A program made the translations under genes and the position numbers. This document shows positions 23,423 to 35,628 of a DNA stretch of 64,000 nt, in pieces (position 1 is the first letter of the stretch; each line of letters opens with the position of its first letter). A model generated the notes under the pieces. The model was given only the letters and a program-made list of their open reading frames with translations. It did no database searches and had not been told where the DNA came from. This stretch comes from Haliotis rubra (taxonomy: Eukaryota), in assembly GCF_003918875.1 (NCBI RefSeq), contig NW_025766978.1, positions 1,054,001 to 1,118,000 of the forward strand. Direction: 5' to 3'.

Positions 23423-26400
23423 CATGACTTGTTACTCAAACTGGCATAGTTCATTCAAGTCAGTCCTTCACTACCACACCATGGTTTGTTACTCAAACTG
23501 GCATAGTTCATTCAAGTCAGTCCTTCACTACCACACCATGGCTTGTTACTCAAACTGGCATAGTTCATTCAAGTCAGTCCTTCACTACCACAACATGACT
23601 TGTTACTCAAACTGGCATAGTTCATTCAAGTCAGTCCTTCACTACCACACCATGGCTTGTTACTCAAACTGGCATAGTTCATTCAAGTCAGTCCTTCACT
23701 ACCACAACATGACTTGTTACTCAAACTGGCATAGTTCATTCAAGTCAGTCCTTCACTACCACAACATGGTTTGTTACTCAAACTGGCATAGTTCATTCAA
23801 GTCAGTCCTTCACTACCACACCATGGCTTGTTACTCAAACTGGCATAGTTCATTCAAGTCAGTCCTTCACTACCACACCATGGCTTGTTACTCAAACTGG
23901 CATAGTTCATTCAAGTCAGTCCTTCACTACCACAACATGGCTTGTTACTCAAACTGGCATAGTTCATTCAAGTCAGTCCTTCACTACCACAACATGACTT
24001 GTTACTCAAACTGGCATAGTTCATTCAAGTCAGTCCTTCACTACCACACCATGGCTTGTTACTCAAACTGGCATAGTTCATTCAAGTCAGTCCTTCACTA
24101 CCACACCGTGGCTTGTTACTCATAATTCAAGTCAGTCTGGTTACTCAAACTGGCATAGTTCATTCAAGTCAGTCCTTCACTACCACAACATGACTTGTTA
24201 CTCAAACTGGCATAGTTCATTCAAGTCAGTCCTTCACTACCACACCATGGTTTGTTACTCAAACTGGCATAGTTCATTCAAGTCAGTCCTTCACTACCAC
24301 ACCATGGCTTGTTACTCAAACTGGCATAGTTCATTCAAGTCAGTCCTTCACTACCACAACATGGTTTGTTACTCAAACTGGCATAGTTCATTCAAGTCAG
24401 TCAGTCCTTCACTCACTACACCATGACTTGTTACTCAAACTGGCATAGTTCATTCAAGTCAGTCCTTCACTACCACACCATGGTTTGTTACTCAAACTGG
24501 CATAGTTCATTCAAGTCAGTCCTTCACTACCACACCATGGCTTGTTACTCAAACTGGCATAGTTCATTCAAGTCAGTCCTTCACTACCACACCATGACTT
24601 GTTACTCAAACTGGCATAGTTCATTCAAGTCAGTCCTTCACTACCACACCATGACTTGTTACTCAAACTGGCATAGTTCATTCAAGTCAGTCCTTCACTA
24701 CCACACCATGACTTGTTACTCAAACTGGCATAGTTCATTCAAGTCAGTCCTTCACTACCACAACATGGCTTGTTACTCAAACTGGCATAGTTCATTCAAG
24801 TCAGTCCTTCACTACCACACCATGACTTGTTACTCAAACTGGCATAGTTCATTCAAGTCAGTCCTTCACTACCACAACATGACTTGTTACTCAAACTGGC
24901 ATAGTTCATTCAAGTCAGTCCTTCACTACCACACCATGACTTGTTACTCAAACTGGCATAGTTCATTCAAGTCAGTCCTTCACTACCACAACATGACTTG
25001 TTACTCAAACTGGCATAGTTCATTCAAGTCAGTCCTTCACTACCACACCATGACTTGTTACTCAAACTGGCATAGTTCATTCAAGTCAGTCCTTCACTAC
25101 CACAACATGACTTGTTACTCAAACTGGCATAGTTCATTCAAGTCAGTCTTTCACTACCACAACATGACTTGTTACTCAAACTGGCATAGTTCATTCAAGT
25201 CAGTCCTTCACTACCACAACATGACTTGTTACTCAAACTGGCATAGTTCATTCAAGTCAGTCCTTCACTACCACAACATGACTTGTTACTCAAACTGGCA
25301 TAGTTCATTCAAGTCAGTCCTTCACTACCACAACATGACTTGTTACTCAAACTGGCATAGTTCATTCAAGTCAGTCCTTCACTACCACAACATGACTTGT
25401 TACTCAAACTGGCATAGTTCATTCAAGTCAGTCCTTCACTACCACAACATGACTTGTTACTCAAACTGGCATAGTTCATTCAAGTCAGTCCTTCACTACC
25501 ACACCATGGCTTGTTACTCAAACTGGCATAGTTCATTCAAGTCAGTCCTTCACTACCACACAACATGACTTGTTACTCAAACTGGCATAGTTCATTCAAG
25601 TCAGTCCTTCACTACCACAACATGACTTGTTACTCAAACTGGCATAGTTCATTCAAGTCAGTCCTTCACTACTACACCATGGCTTTGTTACTCAAACTGG
25701 CATAGTTCATTCAAGTCAGTCCTTCACTACCACACACATGACTTGTTACTCAAACTGGCATAGTTCATTCAAGTCAGTCCTTCACTACCACAACATGGCT
25801 TGTTACTCAAACTGGCATAGTTCATTCAAGTCAGTCCTTCACTACCACAACATGACTTGTTACTCAAACTGGCATAGTTCATTCAAGTCAGTCCTTCACT
25901 ACCACAACATGACTTGTTACTCAAACTGGCATAGTTCATTCAAGTCAGTCCTTCACTACCACAACATGACTTGTTACTCAAACTGGCATAGTTCATTCAA
26001 GTCAGTCCTTCACTACCACAACATGACTTGTTACTCAAACTGGCATAGTTCATTCAAGTCAGTCCTTCACTACCACAACATGACTTGTTACTCAAACTGG
26101 CATAGTTCATTCAAGTCAGTCCTTCACTACCACAACATGGCTTGTTACTCAAACTGGCATAGTTCATTCAAGTCAGTCCTTCACTACCACAACATGACTT
26201 GTTACTCAAACTGGCATAGTTCATTCAAGTCAGTCCTTCACTACCACAACATGACTTGTTACTCAAACTGGCATAGTTCATTCAAGTCAGTCCTTCACTA
26301 CCACACCACATGACTTGTTACTCAAACTGGCATAGTTCATTCAAGTCAGTCCTTCACTACCACACCATGGCTTGTTACTCAAACTGGCATAGTTCATTCA

Positions 26401-29400
26401 AGTCAGTCCTTCACTACCACACCATGACTTGTTACTCAAACTGGCATAGTTCATTCAAGTCAGTCCTTCACTACCACAACATGACTTGTTACTCAAACTG
26501 GCATAGTTCATTCAAGTCAGTCCTTCACTACCACAACATGACTTGTTACTCAAACTGGCATAGTTCATTCAAGTCAGTCCTTCACTACCACAACATGACT
26601 TGTTACTCAAACTGGCATAGTTCATTCAAGTCAGTCCTTCACTACCACAACATGACTTGTTACTCAAACTGGCATAGTTCATTCAAGTCAGTCCTTCACT
26701 ACCACAACATGACTTGTTACTCAAACTGGCATAGTTCATTCAAGTCAGTCCTTCACTACCACAACATGACTTGTTACTCAAACTGGCATAGTTCATTCAA
26801 GTCAGTCCTTCACTACCACAACATGACTTGTTACTCAAACTGGCATAGTTCATTCAAGTCAGTCCTTCACTACCACAACATGACTTGTTACTCAAACTGG
26901 CATAGTTCATTCAAGTCAGTCCTTCACTACCACACCATGACTTGTTACTCAAACTGGCATAGTTCATTCAAGTCAGTCCTTCACTACCACACACCATGGC
27001 TTGTTACTCAAACTGGCATAGTTCATTCAAGTCAGTCCTTCACTACCACAACATGACTTGTTACTCAAACTGGCATAGTTCATTCAAGTCAGTCCTTCAC
27101 TACCACACCATGACTTGTTACTCAAACTGGCATAGTTCATTCAAGTCAGTCCTTCACTACCACAACATGACTTGTTACTCAAACTGGCATAGTTCATTCA
27201 AGTCAGTCCTTCACTACCACAACATGACTTGTTACTCAAACTGGCATAGTTCATTCAAGTCAGTCCTTCACTACCACAACATGACTTGTTACTCAAACTG
27301 GCATAGTTCATTCAAGTCAGTCCTTCACTACCACAACATGGTTTGTTACTCAAACTGGCATAGTTCATTCAAGTCAGTCCTTCACTACCACAACATGACT
27401 TGTTACTCAAACTGGCATAGTTCATTCAAGTCAGTCCTTCACTACCACAACATGACTTGTTACTCAAACTGGCATAGTTCATTCAAGTCAGTCCTTCACT
27501 ACCACACCATGACTTGTTACTCAAACTGGCATAGTTCATTCAAGTCAGTCCTTCACTACCACAACATGACTTGTTACTCAAACTGGCATAGTTCATTCAA
27601 GTCAGTCCTTCACTACCACAACATGGCTTGTTACTCAAACTGGCATAGTTCATTCAAGTCAGTCCTTCACTACCACAACATGACTTGTTACTCAAACTGG
27701 CATAGTTCATTCAAGTCAGTCCTTCACTACCACAACATGACTTGTTACTCAAACTGGCATAGTTCATTCAAGTCAGTCCTTCACTACCACACCATGGCTT
27801 GTTACTCAAACTGGCATAGTTCATTCAAGTCAGTCCTTCACTACCACAACATGACTTGTTACTCAAACTGGCATAGTTCATTCAAGTCAGTCCTTCACTA
27901 CCACAACATGACTTGTTACTCAAACTGGCATAGTTCATTCAAGTCAGTCCTTCACTACCACACCATGGCTTGTTACTCAAACTGGCATAGTTCATTCAAG
28001 TCAGTCCTTCACTACCACAACATGACTTGTTACTCAAACTGGCATAGTTCATTCAAGTCAGTCCTTCACTACCACAACATGACTTGTTACTCAAACTGGC
28101 ATAGTTCATTCAAGTCAGTCCTTCACTACCACAACATGACTTGTTACTCAAACTGGCATAGTTCATTCAAGTCAGTCCTTCACTACCACAACATGACTTG
28201 TTACTCAAACTGGCATAGTTCATTCAAGTCAGTCCTTCACTACCACAACATGACTTGTTACTCAAACTGGCATAGTTCATTCAAGTCAGTCCTTCACTAC
28301 CACAACATGACTTGTTACTCAAACTGGCATAGTTCATTCAAGTCAGTCCTTCACTACCACAACATGACTTGTTACTCAAACTGGCATAGTTCATTCATTC
28401 AAGTCAGTCCTTCACTACCACAACATGACTTGTTACTCAAACTGGCATAGTTCATTCAAGTCAGTCCTTCACTACCACAACATGACTTGTTACTCAAACT
28501 GGCATAGTTCATTCAAGTCAGTCCTTCACTACCACAACATGACTTGTTACTCAAACTGGCATAGTTCATTCAAGTCAGTCCTTCACTACCACAACATGAC
28601 TTGTTACTCAAACTGGCATAGTTCATTCAAGTCAGTCCTTCACTACCACAACATGACTTGTTACTCAAACTGGCATAGTTCATTCAAGTCAGTCCTTCAC
28701 TACCACAACATGACTTGTTACTCAAACTGGCATAGTTCATTCAAGTCAGTCCTTCACTACCACACCATGGTTTGTTACTCAAACTGGCATAGTTCATTCA
28801 AGTCAGTCCTTCACTACCACACCATGACTTGTTACTCAAACTGGCATAGTTCATTCAAGTCAGTCCTTCACTACCACACCATGACTTGTTACTCAAACTG
28901 GCATAGTTCATTCAAGTCAGTCCTTCACTACCACACCATGACTTGTTACTCAAACTGGCATAGTTCATTCAAGTCAGTCCTTCACTACCACAACATGACT
29001 TGTTACTCAAACTGGCATAGTTCATTCAAGTCAGTCCTTCACTACCACACCATGACTTGTTACTCAAACTGGCATAGTTCATTCAAGTCAGTCCTTCACT
29101 ACCACAACATGACTTGTTACTCAAACTGGCATAGTTCATTCAAGTCAGTCCTTCACTACCACAACATGACTTGTTACTCAAACTGGCATAGTTCATTCAA
29201 GTCAGTCCTTCACTACCACACCATGACTTGTTACTCAAACTGGCATAGTTCATTCAAGTCAGTCCTTCACTACCACAACATGACTTGTTACTCAAACTGG
29301 CATAGTTCATTCAAGTCAGTCCTTCACTACCACAACATGACTTGTTACTCAAACTGGCATAGTTCATTCAAGTCAGTCCTTCACTACCACACCATGACTT

Positions 29401-29453
29401 GTTGACTCAAACTGGCATAGTTCATTCAAGTCAGTCCTTCACTACCACAACAT
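23423..29453. repeat. 57-bp satellite array, about 106 copies (6.0 kb)
   Basis: Unit CATGACTTGTTACTCAAACTGGCATAGTTCATTCAAGTCAGTCCTTCACTACCACAA, nearly invariant apart from two adjacent variable sites. Confidence 0.99.
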
Positions 29454-29513
29454 ACTTTCACATACCAAATGTTAAACTGCGTTTTGCATATTATTCTACA
29501 TAATTATATTGCA

Positions 29514-29712
29514 ACCGTGAAGATGCGGGTTAGAATTGGTCTTCAGTAAGCCATGCTTATCGTAAGATTCGACTGACAGGATCGGGTGGTCCAGGCTCGC
29601 TGAACGTATCTGTTGATCACTGCATTGCCTGGTCAAGACTCGATTATTTATAGACCGCCGCCATATAGCTGGAATATTGCTGAGTGCGGCGTAAAATGAA
29701 ATTATATTCACT
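29514..29712 (+). mobile_element. SINE family A, head and tail with a central deletion
   Basis: CCGTGAAGATGCGGGTTAGAATTGGTCTTCAGTAAGCCATGC...GCTGGAATATTGCTGAGTGCGGCGTAAAA. Confidence 0.85.
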
Positions 29713-30433
29713 CTGTCATTGACAAAAGAAACCTTCATCAGTAGACAGGATCTGAGGTACAGTCGAGAATGCTCTTTTTACCAAGATTTCAAAGAGTGCC
29801 ATATAACAGCACAAGCTGTCCGATCAAGGGTGCAACATTCAAATCCACAGTGAAGCTTTCAAAACGTTTTATGGTAGACACGTGGATTACATTTCCATAT
29901 CTGACTCATCAGTGACAAAAATGTCGTCCGCCTTGTACAATCGACTCGGTTTTGTGTATTTTATGGACTAAGATGAGAAATATCAATATTTCAGACGTTT
30001 TAATTCATTCTTCATTTTGTAGCATACCCTCCCTGTCGTTGGACAATATATTCAAGATGGTCTGCAGTGTCAACAAGGTCAGTGAGTTATGTGAGTCGGC
30101 TTACTGCATCTGGAAATAACTCGGGAACAATAAAACTGTATTATCACACATTCACGCATTCCTCAGATGTCCTTCACCTTGTTCCAACACTTGTTCGAAA
30201 TGCATGCAAAACTGACAGCTCACAATCTGATTATATCCAGTTTCAAAATCACCTGTCATTCCTGATGGATGTACAAACGTGGTTAATAATGCCACTTTTT
30301 GTCGTTTCCTATGATTTTGAAAATTCACATTTTGTGAAATTAATATTTCTCTGATGATACACAAGAAGCCTTTAGTACGTCTCTGGACGCTGGATGTGTA
30401 TCAATCAGATAATAAGATAAGTGTCATGTCCAG

Positions 30434-30859
30434 TGGACAAAAGGATTGTCCACATAAATGTATTGTTCATTCGTTGTACTGATTTATTCACTACTGTTAA
30501 CCAGACAGGTTATTAGGTTTCAGTTTGTGTACATACGAACAGTTCGCGAAAACACACCTGACAACAACTTACTTCGCGGAAAGCTCGAGCATGAAAAAAG
30601 CATGCGTTTTCGCCACGTGTGGAGTTCGAAGGGGAAATTGTAGTTAGTTCGTTTCGATATGTTGATAAGGCAGCACGCCTTGAGATCGTTCGTTAGTGGT
30701 AACCATTTGGGTGTTAGATTGTTTGACAGAGGTTTAGTGTAATAGAAACTTAGGAATGTAAGATATTGTAAAGGTAATAAAAGGTAAATTAAAACAAATA
30801 TTAGATTCTGATTTAGTGGTTTTGTTTGATATCACAACTAGTACAGTTCCTGCTGACCA
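30434..30859 (+). repeat. 5' LTR (426 bp)
   Basis: TGGAC...GACCA; identical to the 3' LTR except one extra G in GAAGGGGAAA; AATAAA at 30776. Confidence 0.96.
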
Positions 30860-30862
30860 AAA

Positions 30863-30881
30863 TGGTAGCAGAGCGTGGTTT
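30863..30881 (+). promoter_or_regulatory. Primer-binding site complementary to initiator tRNA-Met
   Basis: TGGTAGCAGAGCGTGGTTT, 3 nt after the LTR, complementary to the eukaryotic tRNAi-Met 3' end (...CTCTGCTACCA). Confidence 0.9.
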
Positions 30882-31062
30882 ATCGTGGTGTCTTCGTGGT
30901 TAGTTCGTGGTTTATTAGTTGTTGCACATGGTTATTGCCTGATGGTGGTTCATGGTGTTGCAAGTTAGAATTAGTTTGGATGCAGGAATTGTTCTAGTCT
31001 GTGAAAGGTAAGTTAGCTGATAGAAAGTTTGTTAGGTTAGTATTAAAAAACAAAGAATAATA

Positions 31063-34000
31063 ATGTCAGAACCTAAACAGGTAAGTCCAGATGAAACGGA
31101 TTTAATAAAAACGGAAACTAAGCCGGTCCCTGATCAAAACAGTCAGTCGAGGACAGTCGTTGAAGATGTTTTGATAAAACTTAAAAAGCAAAAAGCCAGT
31201 GCAAAGTCTGCTTTCACGAAAGCTAGAAATAAACTCTACAACATGACCGAGGGTCAGAATGTTCAAACTCGTAGGGCTGTTAGAAATCAAATGGACCAAT
31301 TGTGCATTGTGCAAGATCATGCAATGGAAATAATGATAAAACTGTCAGAAGAATATTCAAAAATCAATGATGTAGCAAATGTTAAAAACATTAGCATGGA
31401 AATAACTAGGCTTGAAGATGAAAATGACAGTGCACAGGCACATGCTCAGCAGTACTTAGACTCTAGATCAGATGCTAGTTCTGCACTTAGTTTAAGAACA
31501 GGGATGTCAATGCTGTTTAGTCGTGATCAAGGCAATAGTACAGGGCACAGTTTACCTGGCGCACAGAAGCCAACTAAACAGGGTAAAACAAGACCCACAG
31601 TTAACAAAGAAACTGCAGGAAATGAAGATGAATTTGATCAACCAAACGTCATGTTAAATGTCAATCCACACTATGAACACAGTACACGCACAAATATCCC
31701 AGAACAAACCGCTAAAGGTGCAATAGGACGTGACATGTGGAGGCAGTTGGGTAGAGTTACTATTCCAGTGTTTGCTGGCGATGTTAGATCGTATCAGGGA
31801 TGGAAAGCAGCATTTATTGCATGCATTGATAATTCACCAGCAACACCGGAATACAAACTACTGCAGTTGCGTCAGTATTTAGCAGGGGAAGCGCTTAGAG
31901 TGGTTAAAGATTTGGGACATAATGCAATTGCTTATCAGGTCGCTCTTGAAAGACTTGAGAGAAAATTTGGCGGCAAGAGACGACAGATTGCATTACATCT
32001 TGCAGAAATAGACAATTTCAAACCCATTCGACCTGGTCATGCAAAAGACCTAGATAGATTTGCAGACATGCTTGATGTAGCTGTAGTTAATCTTCGCGAA
32101 TCTGACAGGGTTGAAGAATTAGGAAATGGCTTACTTTATATGAAGTTGCAAACAAAGATGACTGAGGCCATGGTTACAGAGTATCAACGTTGGGTATATG
32201 ATAGACAAAGGCAAGAATCAGTTGAAACTCTCAGAGAATGGGTGCTCCAAGAAGCAGAGTTTCAAACTATTGCAGCTGAGACCATTCGTGGTGTCTGTGA
32301 TAAGTCAGTAAAATCAGAGTACAAACGAGCTCCTCGTACATTTCTAGTGCATGATAGTAACCAGAATCCTGGTACACACTATGTTGGTGAGAAGTACTTG
32401 TGCAGAGTATGTACAGAGCCTCATGACGTATGGAACTGTAGAAAGTTCATCACTTTAAAAGTTCAAGATAGATGGAACAAAGCAAAGGAGTTAAATCTTT
32501 GCTTCCGCTGCCTCGGAAGCAATCATCGTGGTAAACACTGTTGGCGAACAACGTTGTGTGGAATAGATGGATGCACAAGCAACCACAACAGGCTCTTGCA
32601 TGTGAATAGGGACAGGGTTCATTCAGCTGTCAGAACTGAAAAGGGTTCCGTTGAACAAAGCAACGTGGGAAATACAGACAATATTTCAAAAGGAAACCAT
32701 GAACGGTCACATGCAACTAATATGGAATGCAACGTAGCTTCAAAACCTTCACTCATAGGGCTTAGAACAGTGCCAGTGATACTTAAACATGGGAATCGCA
32801 GAGTCACAGTTAATGCGTTATTAGATGACGCGAGCACAAGGTCATATATTAATGCAGACGTTGCTGCAGAGCTAGGACTGCAAGGTGAAACCAAAAAAGT
32901 GACGGTGAAAGTTTTGAATGATGAGAAAGCCTCGTTTGAAACTATGCCAGTGGCATTTGGACTTGAGAGTAGAGATGGAGAAGTTGACGTTAGTATAACT
33001 GCTTTCACAACAACCAAGGTTACAGGTGATTTGCAGGTTGTTGATTGGAAGACGTACGGTAAGTTATGGCCACATTTGAAAGACATAGATTTTCCTAAAA
33101 TTGCCTCCCCTCCAATTGTAGATATCCTCATAGGCATGGACAATGCAGATCTTCATTATTCCTACTCAGATGTAGGTGGAAATCCAGGTGAACCTCTAGC
33201 AAGGTTAACTCCTCTAGGCTGGACCTGTATTGGAAATATTGCAGGGACAGGCTCTGACATTCAGTCTCACTTTACCAGTACTTTCTTTTCTGGTTCCAAT
33301 GCTGATAACCAAGAGTTGAATATGTTGTTGCAAAAGTTTTGGGAAATTGAGCGATTCCAGTCGAAAGAAAATGAAAATATGAGCCCTGAAGACAAGAATG
33401 TGCACAATAGGGTGAAAGATACATTGGTGTATGAGGATGGTCACTATCAAATTGGCATACCATGGAAGAAAGAGGTACATGCTTTACCATCTGATAACTA
33501 TCAGATGGCTCTCAGTCGTCTTGAGAGCACAGAAAAGAAATTAGCAAAGGATGAGACAATAGCTCAAGCATATGATGATATCATCTCACAGTATCACAAA
33601 AAAGGGTATATAAGAAAAGTATCTCCCGAAGAAAAGACACATACTGGAAAGTGGTATCTGCCTCATTTTCCGGTTGTACGTTTAGATCGTCTCACAACAA
33701 AAGTGAGGATTGTATTTGATGCTTCGGCCAAGTACAAGGGTATTTCTCTTAATGAAGTTATCCATCAAGGCCCAAAGCTACAGAGGGAACTTTTTGATGT
33801 CTTGTTGAGATTTAGACGCAATCCAGTTGCAGTGATGAGCGATATAGCAGAGATGTACCTTCAGGTCAAATTATCTCCAGATGATAGGCCCTATCATAGG
33901 TTCCTTTGGAGATCCATGAAACGAGATGAGCAGGCCATAGAGTATGAGTTCAGTAGAGTTGTATTTGGGGTGAATGCATCTCCTTTTTTAGCTCAGTTTG

Positions 34001-34380
34001 TGAGTCAGGAAAATGCCAATAAACATCAGGGTGATCTTCCGTTAGCTGCAGAAACTGTGAAAAAAGCTACATATATGGATGATAGCATGGACTCTGTGGA
34101 GGATGAGAAAACAGCCATTGAGTTGTACAGACAGTTGATCGAGCTTTGGAATAGAGCTGGAATGCGTCCTCGGAAGTGGCTTTCAAATTCTCACGAGGTT
34201 CTCAGTCAGATACCTGTTGAAGAACGATTATCAGAAGTTAAGTTAGACAGTGGTTACTTACCCTCGACAAAGACCCTCGGCCTCATGTGGGTAGCTGAAA
34301 GAGATGTCTTTACATTCACTTCCAACTTACCTGAAATGAACAACACAATCTCAAAAAAAGAATCTTCCTTCGTCAAATAG
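31063..34380 (+). CDS. BEL/Pao polyprotein part 1: Gag, aspartic protease, reverse transcriptase
   Basis: 1105-aa ORF with Cx2Cx3Hx4C, Cx2Cx4Hx4C and Cx4Cx3Hx4H knuckles, LLDDAS protease site and YMDD. Frame lost in the A7 run at 34353-34359. Confidence 0.93.
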   Translation: MSEPKQVSPDETDLIKTETKPVPDQNSQSRTVVEDVLIKLKKQKASAKSAFTKARNKLYNMTEGQNVQTRRAVRNQMDQLCIVQDHAMEIMIKLSEEYSKINDVANVKNISMEITRLEDENDSAQAHAQQYLDSRSDASSALSLRTGMSMLFSRDQGNSTGHSLPGAQKPTKQGKTRPTVNKETAGNEDEFDQPNVMLNVNPHYEHSTRTNIPEQTAKGAIGRDMWRQLGRVTIPVFAGDVRSYQGWKAAFIACIDNSPATPEYKLLQLRQYLAGEALRVVKDLGHNAIAYQVALERLERKFGGKRRQIALHLAEIDNFKPIRPGHAKDLDRFADMLDVAVVNLRESDRVEELGNGLLYMKLQTKMTEAMVTEYQRWVYDRQRQESVETLREWVLQEAEFQTIAAETIRGVCDKSVKSEYKRAPRTFLVHDSNQNPGTHYVGEKYLCRVCTEPHDVWNCRKFITLKVQDRWNKAKELNLCFRCLGSNHRGKHCWRTTLCGIDGCTSNHNRLLHVNRDRVHSAVRTEKGSVEQSNVGNTDNISKGNHERSHATNMECNVASKPSLIGLRTVPVILKHGNRRVTVNALLDDASTRSYINADVAAELGLQGETKKVTVKVLNDEKASFETMPVAFGLESRDGEVDVSITAFTTTKVTGDLQVVDWKTYGKLWPHLKDIDFPKIASPPIVDILIGMDNADLHYSYSDVGGNPGEPLARLTPLGWTCIGNIAGTGSDIQSHFTSTFFSGSNADNQELNMLLQKFWEIERFQSKENENMSPEDKNVHNRVKDTLVYEDGHYQIGIPWKKEVHALPSDNYQMALSRLESTEKKLAKDETIAQAYDDIISQYHKKGYIRKVSPEEKTHTGKWYLPHFPVVRLDRLTTKVRIVFDASAKYKGISLNEVIHQGPKLQRELFDVLLRFRRNPVAVMSDIAEMYLQVKLSPDDRPYHRFLWRSMKRDEQAIEYEFSRVVFGVNASPFLAQFVSQENANKHQGDLPLAAETVKKATYMDDSMDSVEDEKTAIELYRQLIELWNRAGMRPRKWLSNSHEVLSQIPVEERLSEVKLDSGYLPSTKTLGLMWVAERDVFTFTSNLPEMNNTISKKESSFVK

Positions 34381-35628
34381 CAAAACTGTTTGATCCTCTA
34401 GGATTTCTTGCACCCTTCACTGTAAGGGCAAAGATCATCTTACAAGAAATGTGGACAGTAGGGTTAGATTGGGACGAGGAACTAGACAATGATCTGAAAG
34501 AGAAAGCATATCAGTGGCTTATGGAACGGGAAGATTTAATACACATTCAGGTTCCAAGATGTTTGCGTTGTAACAAGGTCAAAGAAACTAGACTACACAG
34601 CTTTGTAGATGCATCTGAAAATGCATATGGTGCCATTGTGTATGCTGTGAATACTTACCAGAATAATGAAATCTCCAGTGTAATCATTGCTGCGAAAGGA
34701 CGAGTAGCACCACTGAAAGCTATTAGCATTCCACGCATGGAATTAATGGCTGCTGTGACTGGACTCAGATTAGCTGTTGCAATAGCAAAGGTTTTGGACG
34801 TGTCGATTGACACGGTTACATTTTGGACAGACAGTTCAAATGCTTTGGGGTGGATAAAGAACCATAGCCGAACATTCAAACCATTTGTAGCAAATAGAGT
34901 TAGTGAAGTTCAAGAACTGACTAATCCGTGTCAGTGGCGGTATGTGCCAACAGACCAAAATCCAGCAGATATGTTGACTAGAGGAATAGCTGCATCAAAG
35001 TTGATTGACAATCAGATGTGGTGGTCAGGACCCCTTTTCCTGGCTAGAGATGAAAGTGAATGGCCCAGAAATCTGTCTGAAAGAGAAGACAGAAGGAAAT
35101 GTTTACCAGAAACTAAAACTCTGAAGGAAAACAAGATAATTACCATGTTAGTGAACGACTCGTCCTGTGAAGAGTGGAGACTCAAAGCTACACGATACTC
35201 AGATTGGAGAAGACTGACAAGAATCCAAGCATGGGTATACAGATTCTTGAACAACTGTGTTGAAGGGAACCTTAAAAGGATTCATGGAGAACTGACTGCA
35301 GAAGAAATTGAAACAGCACAGTTCAAGATAATAGCACAAATGCAGAGAGAAGAATTTCCAGATGAATATTCCTGCCTTGAAAAGGGAAAACCATTACCAT
35401 CTAATAGCAAGCTGTTAGGACTACAACCCAAGCTGGATGAAGATGGAGTGATGAGATCGGATGGACGATTGGCTTATGCTGAGCATCTTTCTCAAGATTC
35501 AAGGTTTCCGATCATCTTGCCGCGAAGAAACTGGATCACAAGATTGATTGTGAAGTCTTACCATGAGGAAGGACGTCATATTACAGGAACCAATCAGACA
35601 TTAGCAGCACTTTCTGCAAAATTTTGGG
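34359..35628 (+). CDS. BEL/Pao polyprotein part 2: RT connection, RNase H, start of integrase
   Basis: RIFLRQIAKLFDPLG, LHSFVDASENAYGA, IPRMEL, FWTDSS, NPADMLTRG, YHEEGRH. Continues part 1 after a 1-nt indel. Confidence 0.9.

Noticed and set aside
23409-29405. Long ORFs encoding (MTCYSNWHSSFKSVLHYHN)n
   Set aside because: The unit length of 57 is a multiple of 3 and happens to lack a stop. Variants are non-synonymous, indels break the frame repeatedly, and there is no unique N- or C-terminal domain.
23423-29453. CRISPR-like array
   Set aside because: No unique spacers, no cas genes, eukaryotic context. The same applies to all other arrays here.
34353-34360. Programmed -1 frameshift at A AAA AAA
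   Set aside because: It lies inside pol between RT and RNase H, whereas BEL elements normally have one ORF. Three other 1-nt indels suggest sequencing error.
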